From contig DASYVR010000053.1 of NCBI GenBank assembly GCA_035936995.1, positions 18,018-82,017 on the forward strand: 64,000 nucleotides of DNA, read 5' to 3'. The notes under the pieces are model-generated. The model did no database searches and was not told the DNA's origin. It saw only the letters and a program-made list of their open reading frames with translations. Shown piece after piece: positions 9,013 through 18,654 of the stretch (positions within the stretch are counted from its first letter, which is position 1; the number at the start of each line of letters is the position of its first letter). The position numbers were made by a program, and so were the translations under genes. Source of the DNA: Candidatus Dormiibacterota bacterium (lineage in GTDB: Bacteria > Chloroflexota > Dormibacteria > CF-121).

Positions 9013-9572
9013 GGCGTCCCCCCGCGTTCCCGGCCGGCGCGGTTGAGCGCCCGGAACTGCAACACCTTGACGTTCGTCTCGCTAAGGCTGAGCTCCTGGG
9101 CGGTCTCGCGCACCGAATAGCCGCGCAAGAAGCGGAGCTCGAGCACCCTCCGGTAACTCTCCGGGAGGGTGGCCAGCAGCGAATCGACGCGCTGCACCGC
9201 TTCCGGATTCTCCCGGGGCGCGGGCGGTCGGGTGATATCGTCTTCGAGCTCACTCGCGCCTTCCGCGTAGTACTCGCGCCAGTGATCGGCCAGTGTCGTC
9301 TGCGCCACCCGGTACAACCAGCTGCGCAGCTCGGGGACCGAGACATCGCTGCGCATGCCGTTGATCGCCTTCATGAACACCTGGGCGGTGAGGTCCTCGG
9401 CGTCCGGGCGGTTACCGACTCGGCTGTAGATGTACTGGTAAATGGCTGTGACATGTGTCTGGTAGGCCCAGGTCAGGTGATCCTGGCCATGCGGAGCGTC
9501 GGCGGGAGCCAGCGACACGATCTTCCCGGGGGAAGCGAACACCACGGCGCCGGTCGTCTCATCCTCACGCAT
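9009..9572 (-). CDS. ECF-type RNA polymerase sigma-70 family factor
   Basis: 187 aa. Region 2 (DAEDLTAQVFMKA...WLYRVAQTTLADHWRE) and region 4 HTH (YRRVLELRFLRGYSVRETAQELSLSETNVKVLQFRAL). TATAAC hexamer (9584-9589, minus) lies 11 nt upstream of the ATG. Confidence 0.9.
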   Translation of the reverse strand: MREDETTGAVVFASPGKIVSLAPADAPHGQDHLTWAYQTHVTAIYQYIYSRVGNRPDAEDLTAQVFMKAINGMRSDVSVPELRSWLYRVAQTTLADHWREYYAEGASELEDDITRPPAPRENPEAVQRVDSLLATLPESYRRVLELRFLRGYSVRETAQELSLSETNVKVLQFRALNRAGRERGGTP

Positions 9573-9684
9573 CCGCTTCCGCAGTTATATACCGACGGAG
9601 GTTACGTAGCGCGAACTCAGCGGCACAGCCGTTCAGAGCAGGGCGGATTTGGGAATACTGGAGAAGGTAAAGGGCTTAGATAAC

Positions 9685-10701
9685 ATGGGAGCTTCGCAAA
9701 CGATGGAGAAGGACCGCCGTTACGACGTCGTCATCATCGGCGGTGGGCCGGCCGGGCTGACCGCCGCGTTGTACGCCGGGCGGGCACGCGTCAAGACCCT
9801 GCTACTGGAGCGGGGCGCGCCCGGTGGCCAGCTGCTCAACACCGAGGCGATCGAGGATTATCCGGGCTTCGACCACATCACCGGCCCCGAGCTGGCCCAG
9901 CGCATGGCCGACCAGGCGGTCAAGTTCGGCGTCGAACTCCAGACCAGCCGCGTGACCGCCATCCGCCGCCGGGGCGACAAGAGGGTGGTCCAGACCGAGG
10001 ACGGCGAATATCTCGCGGATTACGTCATCCTCACCGCCGGCGGAGAGCCGTTAAAGCTTGGCATCCCGGGCGAGGGCGAGTTCCAAGGGCACGGCGTGTC
10101 GCAATGCGCGGTCTGTGACGGGGCCTTCTTCAAGCAAGAGGAGGTGGCCGTGGTGGGCGGTGGCGACGCCGCGCTGGAAGAGGGCGTATTCTTGACGCGC
10201 TTCGCGAAGAAGGTCTACATCATCCACCGGCGCGAGCAGTTTCGCGCCCAGGCGATCCTGGTGGAGGCGGCACGCAAGAACCCGCAGGTGGAGCTGATCA
10301 CCAACACCACCGTCACCGAGATCAAGGGCGAAGACGGGCAGGTGAAGGAGATCACGCTCAAGGATGTGCCCAGCGGCCAGACCCGGCCGCTGAAGGTCAC
10401 CGGCGTCTTCATCTTCATCGGCTTCCAGCCCAACGTCCAGTTCTTCGACCACCAGGAGCACGTCGAGCACGATCCACTCGGCTTCCTGATCACGGATTCG
10501 ACGATGCAGACGAGCCTGCCAGGGATCTATGCGGCCGGCGACGTGCGGTCCCAGCTGACGCGGCAGATCACGACCGCGGTCGGGGACGCGACCACCGCCG
10601 CCATCGATGCGGTCAAGAAGCTCGAGGCAAAGAAGCACGAGCTCGCGCCCGTGCCGGTCGATCTCTACGGCCCCACCCGGCCGGACCTCGTCGGCAGCTA
10701 G
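9685..10701 (+). CDS. trxB: thioredoxin-disulfide reductase
   Basis: YDVVIIGGGPAGLTAALYAGRA FAD motif, redox CAVCDG, NADPH motif VAVVGGGDAALEEG. Start ambiguous (TTG 9649, ATG 9685, ATG 9703). About 30-aa C-terminal extension. Confidence 0.93.
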   Translation: MGASQTMEKDRRYDVVIIGGGPAGLTAALYAGRARVKTLLLERGAPGGQLLNTEAIEDYPGFDHITGPELAQRMADQAVKFGVELQTSRVTAIRRRGDKRVVQTEDGEYLADYVILTAGGEPLKLGIPGEGEFQGHGVSQCAVCDGAFFKQEEVAVVGGGDAALEEGVFLTRFAKKVYIIHRREQFRAQAILVEAARKNPQVELITNTTVTEIKGEDGQVKEITLKDVPSGQTRPLKVTGVFIFIGFQPNVQFFDHQEHVEHDPLGFLITDSTMQTSLPGIYAAGDVRSQLTRQITTAVGDATTAAIDAVKKLEAKKHELAPVPVDLYGPTRPDLVGS

Positions 10702-10720
10702 CCCGGTCCGCCCACCCCGC

Positions 10721-12313
10721 TTGGCCGCCGGCGCGGTCGCGGGATTGCTTGTCGTTGCTGCCGGGCTGCGGCTCTGGGGGATCAACTTCGGGCTGCCGGC
10801 CCTCTATCGACCGGACGAAGACGTCACGGTCGGGCGGGCCATGGGCATCTTCCATGGAATCCTCGACCCGCATTTCGCGGACTGGCCGCATCTCTACTTC
10901 TACGTAGCGGCGGCATGGCTGGCACCGTTCCGTCTGATCGGGTTGGTCCAGGACGCGGCGTCGGGATATCTCGGCGTTCGCATCCTTGATGCGCTGCTCG
11001 GCAGTCTGACTGTTCTGCTCGTGTTCGAGTTCGGCCGGCGCGCCTACGGCTGGCTCGCCGGCTTCTTCGGAGCCGCGGCGCTGGCGGTCGCCTTCCTCCA
11101 TGTCCGTGACAGCCACTTCGCCACGCTCGACGTCCCCCTGACCCTGGCCTGTACCGCCGCGCTCTACATCGCCTATCGCACCATCCAGTCCCACGGTCTG
11201 CGACCACTGCTACTCAACGGCGTCGCCTTGGGGATTGCGACCAGCTTGAAGTACAACGGGGCCCTCGTGTTCGCCGGGATCGCGGCAGCACAAACGCTTG
11301 CGGCCCGGGCGGAACGCAGCCGGTGGACGCTGCTCCTCGCGCGGCTGGCGCTGATCGCCCTCGTCGGTGTCGTCGCCCTGGCGCTCACCTCCCCCTTCCT
11401 GGTGCTCGACCCGGGGATGACGCAGCATGGCATCGGCTACATCTTTCAGCACCTGGGAACGGCGACCGCTCCGGCGATCGGCTGGGTGCAGCTGAGCCTC
11501 GCGCTCTGGTACGGCATCGATCCCGCGCTCGTGCTGCTGGCCGTCATCGGCGTCGCCTACGCCGCCTGGCGGCGACAACCGGCCGACTCGATCATTCTGA
11601 CCTTCCTGCTCGTCTACTTCCTGTTGATTGGCGCCGGCCGCTCGGTATTCCTGCGCTACGCCGACCCGATGATTCCGCCCCTGCTCCTGCTCGGCGGTCG
11701 CGCCCTAGCGACGCTGGTCGATCTGACCGCGCGAGGGCAAGCCCGGAGGCTGGCGCTCGCCGCGGCGTTCGTGCTGATCGCGGTGGCGCCGCTCGCCCAC
11801 GACGTTCGCTACGACCTCTTGATCCAGCAGACGGACACCCGCACGCTCGCCTTCGACTGGCTGGCGCAGCACGTACCGGCCGGCACCCGGGCGGCGGTGC
11901 CCTACATGGCAGGCCCAGCCCATGACCAGGCGATGATCGACAGCGGCGAGCACAGCCACGGCGCGACCGATCCCTATGTCGCGTCCTTCCTCGATAGCCG
12001 GCTCGAGACGGAGTACACCATCCGCGAGCTGACCCGCCAGGACCTCCAACTGACCTCGCTCGACAACTTTCGGAAGGAGGGAATTGTCTATGTCGTTGTT
12101 GGCTACGAAACGCCCGGCACGGGCTGCGGGGTGGATAGTCCCCTCGAGCGGACGCTGCGGGCGCAGGGACCACCCCTGGCGAGCTTCGCTCCCACCACTG
12201 GCTGTGCCGACAGCGTCTTCGACTCGATCGATACCTACTATGTGCCCCTCGCCGGTTATTCAGGCTGGGTCCGGCCCGGCCCCTACATCCGCATTTACCG
12301 GCTCGCCGGGTGA
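10721..12313 (+). CDS. GT39/ArnT-like (PMT_2-type) membrane glycosyltransferase
   Basis: Multi-TM protein with the early loop RLWGINFGLPALYRPDEDVTVGRA typical of lipid-carrier-dependent glycosyltransferases. I prefer TTG at 10721 over the track start 10607, which overlaps trxB by 95 nt. Confidence 0.65.
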   Translation: MAAGAVAGLLVVAAGLRLWGINFGLPALYRPDEDVTVGRAMGIFHGILDPHFADWPHLYFYVAAAWLAPFRLIGLVQDAASGYLGVRILDALLGSLTVLLVFEFGRRAYGWLAGFFGAAALAVAFLHVRDSHFATLDVPLTLACTAALYIAYRTIQSHGLRPLLLNGVALGIATSLKYNGALVFAGIAAAQTLAARAERSRWTLLLARLALIALVGVVALALTSPFLVLDPGMTQHGIGYIFQHLGTATAPAIGWVQLSLALWYGIDPALVLLAVIGVAYAAWRRQPADSIILTFLLVYFLLIGAGRSVFLRYADPMIPPLLLLGGRALATLVDLTARGQARRLALAAAFVLIAVAPLAHDVRYDLLIQQTDTRTLAFDWLAQHVPAGTRAAVPYMAGPAHDQAMIDSGEHSHGATDPYVASFLDSRLETEYTIRELTRQDLQLTSLDNFRKEGIVYVVVGYETPGTGCGVDSPLERTLRAQGPPLASFAPTTGCADSVFDSIDTYYVPLAGYSGWVRPGPYIRIYRLAG

Positions 12314-12330
12314 TCGCCTGGATCGGCGGC

Positions 12331-12360
12331 TTGGCTCACGGCCAGAGCGACGTTTATAGT
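12331..12360 (+). promoter_or_regulatory. sigma-70-like promoter candidate (TTGGCT-N18-TATAGT), leaderless start
   Basis: TATAGT at 12355-12360 ends 8 nt before GTG 12369. TTGGCT at 12331-12336. Confidence 0.45.
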
Positions 12361-12368
12361 GGAAATCA

Positions 12369-12695
12369 GTGAACCTGATCGCCCTCATCAAGGAGCGCGC
12401 CAAGTACTACAACTGCCTCGCCTGCATGCAGGCGCTTGCCGATTGCCAGGTGAAGCTGCTCAATGAGGCGGACGGACAATGCACCGTTGAGGTCACCTGC
12501 GCCAACTGCGGCGTCAGCTTCGTCGCGGTGCTCCTGCTCAAAAAGGCGAAGCATCCAGATGGTTTGCCCGCGGCGGCCGGCCAGGGACCGATCAGCATGG
12601 ACGAGCTGCTCGACGTCCACGAGTACATGAAGGCCTTCAACGGCCCGATCAAGGAGCTTGCCCGCTGGCGTCCGTCCCGCCAGCAGACCTCCTAG
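12369..12695 (+). CDS. small Cys-rich (CxxC...CxxC) zinc-ribbon-like protein, unknown function
   Basis: 108 aa, strong GC3 bias in this frame. YNCLAC ... C ... C ... TCANCG. Immediately upstream of the cysteine desulfurase. Confidence 0.7.
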   Translation: MNLIALIKERAKYYNCLACMQALADCQVKLLNEADGQCTVEVTCANCGVSFVAVLLLKKAKHPDGLPAAAGQGPISMDELLDVHEYMKAFNGPIKELARWRPSRQQTS

Positions 12696-12712
12696 CGGCG
12701 CGTTACGCGCCA

Positions 12713-12718
12713 TAGAAT
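12713..12718 (+). promoter_or_regulatory. -10-like TAGAAT, leaderless start candidate
   Basis: TAGAAT ends 8 nt before ATG 12727 (MVYLDHSATTP, a canonical NifS/IscS N-terminus). Preceded by the GC hairpin GGCGCG-TTA-CGCGCC at 12697-12711. Confidence 0.4.
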
Positions 12719-12720
12719 TG

Positions 12721-13884
12721 ATGCCGATGGTGTATCTCGACCACTCGGCAACGACGCCACTCGACCCCGAGGTCCTGCAGGCGATGATGCCCTACCTCAC
12801 CGAAGAGTTCGGCAACGCCTCCAGCGTCTACGGGCTGGGTCAGCGCGCGCGCCAGGCGATCGATCAGGCGCGAGACGACGTGGCCGCCTTCTATGGCGTC
12901 GCGGCGAAGGAGGTGATCTTCACCTCCGGCGGCACCGAGGGCGACAACCTCGCCTTCCGCGGGATCGCCGAACGGAACGCCGACCGCGGCCGCCATGTCA
13001 TCACCTCCACCATCGAGCACGATGCGGTGCTTCGCTCCGCCGCGGCGCTGGAACGGGACGGTTTCCAAGTCACGCGGCTGCGCGTCGACCGTTTCGGCCT
13101 GGTCGATCCGCAGGCGCTCCGCGAAGCGCTGCGGCCCGACACGATCCTGGTCAGCATCATGCACGCCAACAATGAGATCGGCACCATCGAGCCGATCCGT
13201 GAACTGGTCGGGGTGACTCGCGAGCGCAGCGACGCCTACTTCCACACCGACGCCGTGCAGTCGACCGGAAAGATCCCCACCCGCGTCGATGAGCTCGGTG
13301 TCGACCTCCTGTCCATGTCGGCGCACAAGCTCCATGGCCCCAAAGGCGTGGGCGGCCTGATGGTACGCTCCGGCGTGCGACTGGAGCCGCAGCTGCTGGG
13401 CGGCGGGCACGAGCGCAACCGCCGGGCCGGCACGGAAAACGTGGCCGGTATCGTGGGGCTGGCGAAGGCCGTCGGCATCGCCCAGCGCGACATGCAGAAG
13501 AACATGGCGCATCTCACCGGCCTCCGCGATCGCCTGATCGAGGGCGTCCTCGACCGGATCCCTCGCGCGGAGCTCACCGGACATCCGCAACAGCGCCTGC
13601 CACATCACGCCAGCTTTTTGTTCCAGGGCGTTGAAGGCGAGTCGCTGCTGCTCCAGCTCGACATGGAGGGTATCGCGGCGTCATCGGGATCGGCGTGCAC
13701 CTCGGGCTCGTTGGAACCGAGCCATGTCATCCTGGCGCTCGGCTATCCGCGGGAACGGGCGCTGGGCAGCCTGCGACTATCGGTTGGCAAGGGCAACACC
13801 GACGCCGACATCGACCTGGTCCTTGATCGCCTGCCAGCCATGGTGGGCCGGCTGCGTGCGATGGCCCCCATTTCCGCCGCCTGA
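12721..13884 (+). CDS. cysteine desulfurase (NifS/IscS class V aminotransferase)
   Basis: YLDHSATTPLDPEV..., PLP-Lys motif SMSAHKLHGPKGVGGL, active-site loop SSGSACTSG. Start ATG 12721 or, if leaderless, ATG 12727; the track start 12658 is an upstream extension. Confidence 0.93.
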   Translation: MPMVYLDHSATTPLDPEVLQAMMPYLTEEFGNASSVYGLGQRARQAIDQARDDVAAFYGVAAKEVIFTSGGTEGDNLAFRGIAERNADRGRHVITSTIEHDAVLRSAAALERDGFQVTRLRVDRFGLVDPQALREALRPDTILVSIMHANNEIGTIEPIRELVGVTRERSDAYFHTDAVQSTGKIPTRVDELGVDLLSMSAHKLHGPKGVGGLMVRSGVRLEPQLLGGGHERNRRAGTENVAGIVGLAKAVGIAQRDMQKNMAHLTGLRDRLIEGVLDRIPRAELTGHPQQRLPHHASFLFQGVEGESLLLQLDMEGIAASSGSACTSGSLEPSHVILALGYPRERALGSLRLSVGKGNTDADIDLVLDRLPAMVGRLRAMAPISAA

Positions 13885-13893
13885 GGCGTAGTC

Positions 13894-14268
13894 ATGCCGG
13901 AAACGTTCTACAGCGTCGCTGATGCCAACGCGCTCGTCCCCAAGCTCAAGCCCGTGCTGGAGCGCATCCGAAAAACCCAGGAGACACTGGCTCAGGACAA
14001 GACCGTGGCTGCAATGCGGGAAAAGGCCGCGCAGAACGGCGGCGGCCTGCCGGGGCGCCACGTGTCAGAGCTGACGAAAACGCTTGACCGCGACCTGCGC
14101 CAGCTGCAGGAGTGGGGAATCGTGCTTCGCGATCCGAGCATCGGCTTGATCGATTTCTTTCACCAGCGCGAGGGCGAGACCGTGTTCCTCTGTTGGAAGC
14201 TGGGCGAGGCCAGGGTGGAATGGTGGCATCCACTCGAGACGGGCATCGCCGGCCGCCAGCATCTTTAG
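13894..14268 (+). CDS. DUF2203-family protein
   Basis: 124 aa. FYSVADANALVPKLKPVLERIR ... GIVLRDPSIGLIDFFHQREGETVFLCWKLGE ... WWH pattern of DUF2203. Confidence 0.75.
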   Translation: MPETFYSVADANALVPKLKPVLERIRKTQETLAQDKTVAAMREKAAQNGGGLPGRHVSELTKTLDRDLRQLQEWGIVLRDPSIGLIDFFHQREGETVFLCWKLGEARVEWWHPLETGIAGRQHL

Positions 14269-15329
14269 CCGCTCCGAAAGACGAAGCCGACAATGAAGAG
14301 CAGCAGCAGGACCGAGCTGACCGCCAGCCCGATGATGCCCAGCAGCCGACCGGTCTTCGCCCGATCGTCGCCCTGGTAGCGGTTGGGCTCGTTGCGGATC
14401 GCCTTGACCGCGTTGCCGCCAAAGACGATCGAGAGGATTCCGGTGGGGATCGCGATCAAGGGCATCCAGAAGAAGATCAGCGTGGTCACGCCCCAGGTCA
14501 TCGCGCTCGAGGCGCCGTGGTGCATCGGGCGATGGGGCGAAACGCCTTCGCGCTCGGCAAGCTGGTCGAGGGCCGCCAGCGGTCCGGCGGTCGCGACGAC
14601 CTGGGGAAGCGCGCGCCGCAAGGCCGCTTCCGCGCTCTGCGCGAGCGCCTCGCGCCGGGCGATGGGAAGCTCCTCCCGACGTGCGGCGTAGGCGACGACC
14701 AGCCGGCGCAGGCCGGAGTCCAGGGCTTGCGGCTCGGCCATCGGGGCAACGGGCGTGACTGAAGGCGCCGCCCAGATCGAGGAAGGCGTTGCCGGAGCCG
14801 AGGCAGCGCCGGCGGGCGTGCCGGATAGGTCATACAGACTGATGCGCTCCCGGTCACGTACCACCAGCGTGCCGGCGGCGAAATCCCCCAGCCGCTTGCC
14901 GCGGCCATTGATGAACAGCGTCAGCATGCCGATGGCGTAGAAGAAAGGCAGGAAGTCGACGATGCGAACCAGGTTGCGGATGGCTGCCTGCCCCACGGTC
15001 AGCGGCTCACCATGATCGCCGACGACCCGCAGCCGGGCGGCGCGCTTGCCGATCGTCTGCCCGTTCCAGGCCGCCTCGCTGATCAGGAAATAGCCGGCCA
15101 GCAGGATGAAGCCGAGGATGATTTCGACCAGGAGGGCCAGCTCGCCCGAGCTGAAGATGCCCCCCAGCGAGGCAGCGAGGATGGTGATCGCGATCAGGAT
15201 CGCCGTGATGATGAGCGAATCGACGATTTGCGCCAGGAAGCGGCTGCCAATGCCGGCGATCTCGTACTGGAATGCCACCCGCTCCGGCGTCGAGATGATG
15301 AGATCGTCGGAGGCGTCCGGCGGCTGCAC
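14265..15329 (-). CDS. RDD-family membrane protein with C-terminal DUF4190-like TM pair
   Basis: 354 aa. [22 protein letters not shown] ... [14 protein letters not shown] ... RDD-type core. PA-rich linker, then two C-terminal helices. Confidence 0.8.
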   Translation of the reverse strand: MQPPDASDDLIISTPERVAFQYEIAGIGSRFLAQIVDSLIITAILIAITILAASLGGIFSSGELALLVEIILGFILLAGYFLISEAAWNGQTIGKRAARLRVVGDHGEPLTVGQAAIRNLVRIVDFLPFFYAIGMLTLFINGRGKRLGDFAAGTLVVRDRERISLYDLSGTPAGAASAPATPSSIWAAPSVTPVAPMAEPQALDSGLRRLVVAYAARREELPIARREALAQSAEAALRRALPQVVATAGPLAALDQLAEREGVSPHRPMHHGASSAMTWGVTTLIFFWMPLIAIPTGILSIVFGGNAVKAIRNEPNRYQGDDRAKTGRLLGIIGLAVSSVLLLLFIVGFVFRSG

Positions 15330-15335
15330 GCTTCC

Positions 15336-15341
15336 ACTCTA
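15336..15341 (-). promoter_or_regulatory. -10-like TAGAGT, leaderless start candidate
   Basis: Minus-strand TAGAGT ends 6 nt before GTG 15329 (RDD gene). Confidence 0.4.
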
Positions 15342-15351
15342 CCCGCCGGTT

Positions 15352-15380
15352 TTGCGACGGTGCGTCGCAGTCTTGCGACA
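15352..15380. promoter_or_regulatory. TTGCGAC repeat array (inverted pair plus direct copy), candidate operator
   Basis: TTGCGAC(15352-58)-GGTGC-GTCGCAG(15364-70)-TC-TTGCGAC(15373-79) in the 89-bp divergent RDD / SpoIIM-like intergenic region. Confidence 0.35.
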
Positions 15381-15418
15381 GGCCAGGCGGGACCGGTCGG
15401 GTCCGTCATGATGGGGCC

Positions 15419-16429
15419 GTGCGCGCCGACGAATTCGTCAGCCGCCGCCGGCCGGAGTGGGACCGCCTGGAAAAACTGCTGACGCGAGCGGGAACCAGCC
15501 GGGTCGGCGGGCTGCGAGCAACCGAGGTGCTGGCGCTGGCCGCGCTCTATCGCCGGGCGACGGCGGACTTCGCCCGTGCCAAGCGGGACTGGCCGACGGA
15601 GCCGGTGGCCGGCTACCTGAACGGGCTGGTCGCCCGAGGCCACGCGGCGGTCTACCGGCAGGGCGGCAACCTGGGCGAGCGGATCGCCATCTTCTACAAG
15701 CGCACGCTGCCACAGACCTACCGCGAGGCCGCCCCCTACCTGATCGCTTCCGCACTCCTCCTCTTCGGGCCGGCGGTGGTCGCCTTCATCGCCATCACGC
15801 TCGATCCGCAGCTGGCCTACGCGCTGGTGCCGGCGGAGCTGGTGCAGCTGGTCCACAACCACCAGCTCTGGACTCAGATCCCGGCGGACAAGCGGCCGCT
15901 GATGTCCGGCGTGATCATGACCAACAACATCAATGTCTCGATCCTGGCCTTCGGCTTCGGCGCTTTGCTTGGCCTGCCGACCATCTACCTGCTGATGACG
16001 AACGGCATCCAGCTGGGCGGACTGCTCGGCCTCACCAACGCCTACGGCATCGCGCCCGGCCTGCTCGATTTCATCGTCGGCCACGGCGTGCTCGAGCTCT
16101 CGGTGGTTGTGGCGGCGGGGGCCTGCGGCCTGATGATGGGCTGGGCCATCCTGCTACCCGGCGCCTACCGGCGTCGCGACGCGCTCGTGCTCGCGGCGCG
16201 CAAAGCGGTGATCATCCTCGCCGGTTTGGCGCCGTTGCTGATCGTCGCCGGCATCATCGAGGGCAACCTGAGCCCGTCGGATGCGCCAACCGCGATCAAG
16301 GTGGCCGTCGGCCTGACGACCGGCACCCTGCTCTACTCCTACCTGTTGTTCACTGGCCGCCAGCCTCGCCGGACTAAAGAAGCGCCCGCTCCTTCAACTC
16401 CAGGTACCGTTCAACCAACGACGGGCTGA
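15419..16429 (+). CDS. SpoIIM-like (DUF95) membrane protein
   Basis: 336 aa. N-terminal soluble helix bundle ([13 protein letters not shown]...[13 protein letters not shown]), then about 6 TMs with the HGVLELS motif typical of the stage II sporulation M family. Confidence 0.8.
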   Translation: MRADEFVSRRRPEWDRLEKLLTRAGTSRVGGLRATEVLALAALYRRATADFARAKRDWPTEPVAGYLNGLVARGHAAVYRQGGNLGERIAIFYKRTLPQTYREAAPYLIASALLLFGPAVVAFIAITLDPQLAYALVPAELVQLVHNHQLWTQIPADKRPLMSGVIMTNNINVSILAFGFGALLGLPTIYLLMTNGIQLGGLLGLTNAYGIAPGLLDFIVGHGVLELSVVVAAGACGLMMGWAILLPGAYRRRDALVLAARKAVIILAGLAPLLIVAGIIEGNLSPSDAPTAIKVAVGLTTGTLLYSYLLFTGRQPRRTKEAPAPSTPGTVQPTTG

Positions 16430-17690
16430 GCCGGCCGGCCTCGACGTCGAGCCCCAGCACGCCACCCTGCCGCAGCTGTTCGAAGCTGGCCCGCCGGGCG
16501 GAGAGGAGCTCTTCGGCGGCCGCCCACTGGTAGGCGCGGGAGACGCGTTCGATGGGCGCGTTGCGGGCCGCCAGGAGCTCGGGGTCGGACATGGCGACCA
16601 CCATCACCAGGTGCCGGTGACTCAAGCGGATGGCGTGGCCGACCAGCTCGCGCGAGGCCTCGGGATCGAGCACGTCGGTGAGCACGACGACCAGCGAGCG
16701 GCGGCTGACTCGAAGCGCGAGATGCGAGAAGGCCTCCGCAAAGTCGGGCTCCGTGTACTCCGGCTTGACGTCGTAGAGCACCTTGTTGAGCTGGGTGACC
16801 TGGGCCGGCCCCCGCTGCGGCGCAACGAAACGACGCACCCCATCGCTGAAGGTCAGCATGCCGACCTTGTCACCGTGGCTCTGCGCGACCCAGGCCAGCA
16901 GCAAGGCGGCGTTCACGGCATGGTCGAGCTTGGTCAGGAGCCCGGCCGGCGCCGTCATCAGCCGGCCGCAGTCAAGCGCGATGATCGCCTGCTGGCCGCG
17001 CTCCGCCTCGACCTCCATCACCACCGGGCTGTCCCGGCGCGACGTCGCCTTCCAGCTGATGCGACGCACGTCGTCGCCCGGTAGGTAGTCGCGCAACCCG
17101 GCAAAGGCGGTGGTGGCCCCCGGAGGGCGGGCCCGCCGCAGCCCGGCCATGATGCGCATCCCTCGGCGCAGCATCAACTCGTAGCGCTTGATGGCGAGGA
17201 CATCGGGATAAACGGCGGCCGCCTCGTCGGCGTTGATCCGCACCTGGCGAACGAGCCAGCCACCCGGCCGCCAGCAGCGGAGGTCGACCGGGCCAAAGTG
17301 GTAGGCACCGCGATGGGGCGGTTCGACCGTGTACTCCACGGTCAGCAGGCCTTCAGGGTCGAAGACCCCGGACAGGACCCGGCGATCGGGCCGCAGGTCG
17401 GCGGGCACATGGTCGGCGACCTCGGCCGGCAGCCCGGCGGCCGTGGCGTGCGCGACCAGCACTTGCACGCTTTGCACCTCCCCCAGCGAGAAGGGCTGGG
17501 GCAGGACCCGGCTGGCGATGAAACCCGACCTCTTCGGCAGTCGGCCGGCCTCGGCCGCGATGGCGCCCGCCATCGCCACGTAATAGATTAGCGGGGCGAT
17601 CACGAACACCGGGCTCAGCAGCAGCAAAAGGAAGAGCACGGATCCGGCGAGCAACGCCGCCAGCAGCCGCCGCTGCGGAAGGAGGGTCAC
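16374..17690 (-). CDS. DUF58-domain protein (MoxR-associated, VWA-like)
   Basis: 438 aa. Two N-terminal TMs. [24 protein letters not shown]58 signature. Follows moxR by 16 nt. Confidence 0.85.
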   Translation of the reverse strand: MTLLPQRRLLAALLAGSVLFLLLLLSPVFVIAPLIYYVAMAGAIAAEAGRLPKRSGFIASRVLPQPFSLGEVQSVQVLVAHATAAGLPAEVADHVPADLRPDRRVLSGVFDPEGLLTVEYTVEPPHRGAYHFGPVDLRCWRPGGWLVRQVRINADEAAAVYPDVLAIKRYELMLRRGMRIMAGLRRARPPGATTAFAGLRDYLPGDDVRRISWKATSRRDSPVVMEVEAERGQQAIIALDCGRLMTAPAGLLTKLDHAVNAALLLAWVAQSHGDKVGMLTFSDGVRRFVAPQRGPAQVTQLNKVLYDVKPEYTEPDFAEAFSHLALRVSRRSLVVVLTDVLDPEASRELVGHAIRLSHRHLVMVVAMSDPELLAARNAPIERVSRAYQWAAAEELLSARRASFEQLRQGGVLGLDVEAGRLSPSLVERYLELKERALL

Positions 17691-17706
17691 GGGGCAGGCC
17701 GGCGCA

Positions 17707-18654
17707 CTAGCGCGGCGGGGTGACGCGGGCGATCACGGTGTCGAGCAGGCTGTCGGCGGTCTGGCCACCGACCTCGGCCTCGGGCCGCAGCAAGAGCCGA
17801 TGCCGGAAGGTCGGGCGGAGCAGCCCTTTGACGTCGTCCGGGGTCACGTAGTCACGGCCCTCGAACGCCGCGGCCGCCTTGGCCGCCAGCAGCAGCAGCA
17901 CCTCGGCCCGTGGGCTCGCCCCCAGGACCAGCTCGGCTGCCTGACGGGTGGCGACGGCGAGTTCGATGATGTAGCGACGTAGACGCTCATCGACGGTGAC
18001 CTTGCGCGCCTCGGCCTGGCATTCCGCGATCGCCGCGGCATCGAAGATCGGCTCGACCCCGGCTCGCGCCGGGTCCCGCAGCTCGATGCCGGCGTCCCAG
18101 CGCCGAAGCATCTCGAGTTCCTGCTCGGGCGTCGGATAATTCATGAACGCCTTGAACAGGAAGCGGTCCTGCTGCGCTTCGGGCAGCGGGTAGGTGCCCT
18201 CGTACTCGATCGGGTTTTGGGTCGCCAGGACCATGAACGGATCGGGCAGCGGCAGCTGCTGCCCCTCGAGGCTGACCCCATGCTCCTCCATCGCCTCCAG
18301 CAGCGCGGCCTGGACTTTGGCCGGCGCCCGGTTGATCTCGTCGGCCAGCAAGATGTTGGTGAAGACCGGACCCTGCCGGACGCGGAAGGAGCGGGACTGC
18401 AGGTCGTAGACGGAGGTGCCGACGATGTCCGCCGGCATCAGGTCGGGCGTGAACTGGACCCGCCCGTACCGCAAGGAGAGCAGGCGGGCGATGGTCTTCG
18501 CCAGCAGCGTCTTGCCCACACCAGGAACGCCCTCGAGCAAGACGTGGCCCGGCGCGATCAGGGCGAGCGCGCAGAGGCGCACGGCATCGTCCTGCCCGAC
18601 GATCGCCTTCGACGCTTCCGAGCGAAAACGGGCGTAGAAATCGGCGGCCTTCAT
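17707..18654 (-). CDS. moxR: MoxR-family AAA+ ATPase
   Basis: 315 aa. Walker A EGVPGVGKT, Walker B LLADEINRAPAKVQAALLEAMEE, and a C-terminal AAA lid. Confidence 0.95.
   Translation of the reverse strand: MKAADFYARFRSEASKAIVGQDDAVRLCALALIAPGHVLLEGVPGVGKTLLAKTIARLLSLRYGRVQFTPDLMPADIVGTSVYDLQSRSFRVRQGPVFTNILLADEINRAPAKVQAALLEAMEEHGVSLEGQQLPLPDPFMVLATQNPIEYEGTYPLPEAQQDRFLFKAFMNYPTPEQELEMLRRWDAGIELRDPARAGVEPIFDAAAIAECQAEARKVTVDERLRRYIIELAVATRQAAELVLGASPRAEVLLLLAAKAAAAFEGRDYVTPDDVKGLLRPTFRHRLLLRPEAEVGGQTADSLLDTVIARVTPPR

Noticed and set aside
10607-10720. ATG 10607 as the start of the GT39-like gene.
   Set aside because: It would overlap trxB by 95 nt and add a 38-aa Ser/Arg-rich, non-membrane extension. 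TTG 10721 begins directly at the first TM helix. The start remains uncertain.
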